From contig JAQGDQ010000043.1 in NCBI GenBank assembly GCA_030141605.1, forward strand, positions 186,001 through 250,000: a DNA stretch of 64,000 nt, in the 5' to 3' direction. Positions within the stretch are counted from its first letter, which is position 1; every line of letters starts with the position of its first letter. Origin of the DNA: Tubiluchus corallicola (Eukaryota; Animalia; Priapulida). Both the position numbers and the translations under genes were made by a program. This document shows, piece after piece, positions 63,305 to 64,000 of this stretch. The notes under the pieces were generated by a model. That model saw only the letters and a program-made list of their open reading frames with translations. It ran no database searches and was not told the origin of the DNA.

Positions 63305-64000
63305 CTGCAAAGATGTAGAAAAGCATATGATTAGTTAGAGAGCAGGAAATTATGCCAAACAGTACCATACTTGCGTGATTCAACCACACTGCCTTAAACT
63401 GATGAAGTCTGGATAGTGGATATAATTGATTTATGCTGCTTGAGCATGTGCCGTATACCTTGTCTCTTGTAACAAGCTTTCTGGTTCAAGCAATGACACG
63501 AATAAGGCAAGTGATTAAAGCTTCAGTAGCACGGGATTTTTGGTATTTTATATAAAGCTCGATACTGTGCAAGCCGGGATGCAACACTCAACGGCAGGGT
63601 CTATTTGATACAGATGGTTGTGATAAAATTGTGTTCTATCTCACATGAATATGACAAACACTGAAGTTGTAGAAGTATCTTACCTATGTACAGTTGCCGA
63701 TATATCCTCACGGGACGAAGTAAACAGCCATCGCAGTATGGTAGTTGAAATTACCTAGATGCAGTTTTCTAAACAGTCTCTCATGTATTCATTAAATAAG
63801 CACAGCAATTTTTAATTTTAGTCATCTGAGAACCCTGTCTCACCACGGCCTTACGAACTCCATATAGTCATTTGTTTCTTAATAGTTGTGTTCGCAAAAA
63901 AGGTTAAAACTTTTTGAATGCTTTCGGATCTTTAATACTGGGCAAAAATGATTGCTTGGAACTATTACCTTTTTGACTTTACAGATTGGATACCCAAAAC

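Overview
AT-rich, intron-containing eukaryotic DNA, most likely from an arthropod (inferred from a CBM14+LDLa chitin-deacetylase-family gene and the repeat landscape). Nearly all short ORFs in the supplied track are microsatellite or random artefacts. Two multi-exon genes can be assembled by hand from GT-AG sites with consistent phases, and they face each other tail to tail. (1) A class B1 (secretin-family), calcitonin-receptor-like GPCR on + has 12 coding exons from 2455 to 52673 (about 564 aa). Its probable signal-peptide exon lies about 33 kb upstream of exon 2, and it carries an extra Cys-rich N-terminal domain. (2) A group-I-type chitin deacetylase-like gene on - (CBM14-LDLa-CE4, 63304 to 59441, 5' end unresolved) has lost most CE4 catalytic/metal residues and ends in a 134-aa Glu/Gln repeat tail, which suggests a non-catalytic, chitin-binding, calcium-binding matrix protein. 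The introns hold decayed LINEs (CR1, L2, RTEX-like, RTE), SINE-like pieces, a foldback-like DNA element with a transposase-like remnant, a palindromic MITE, a Helentron-like element, an ankyrin fragment, minisatellites and long microsatellites. No prokaryotic features, CRISPR array or intact RNA gene was found.
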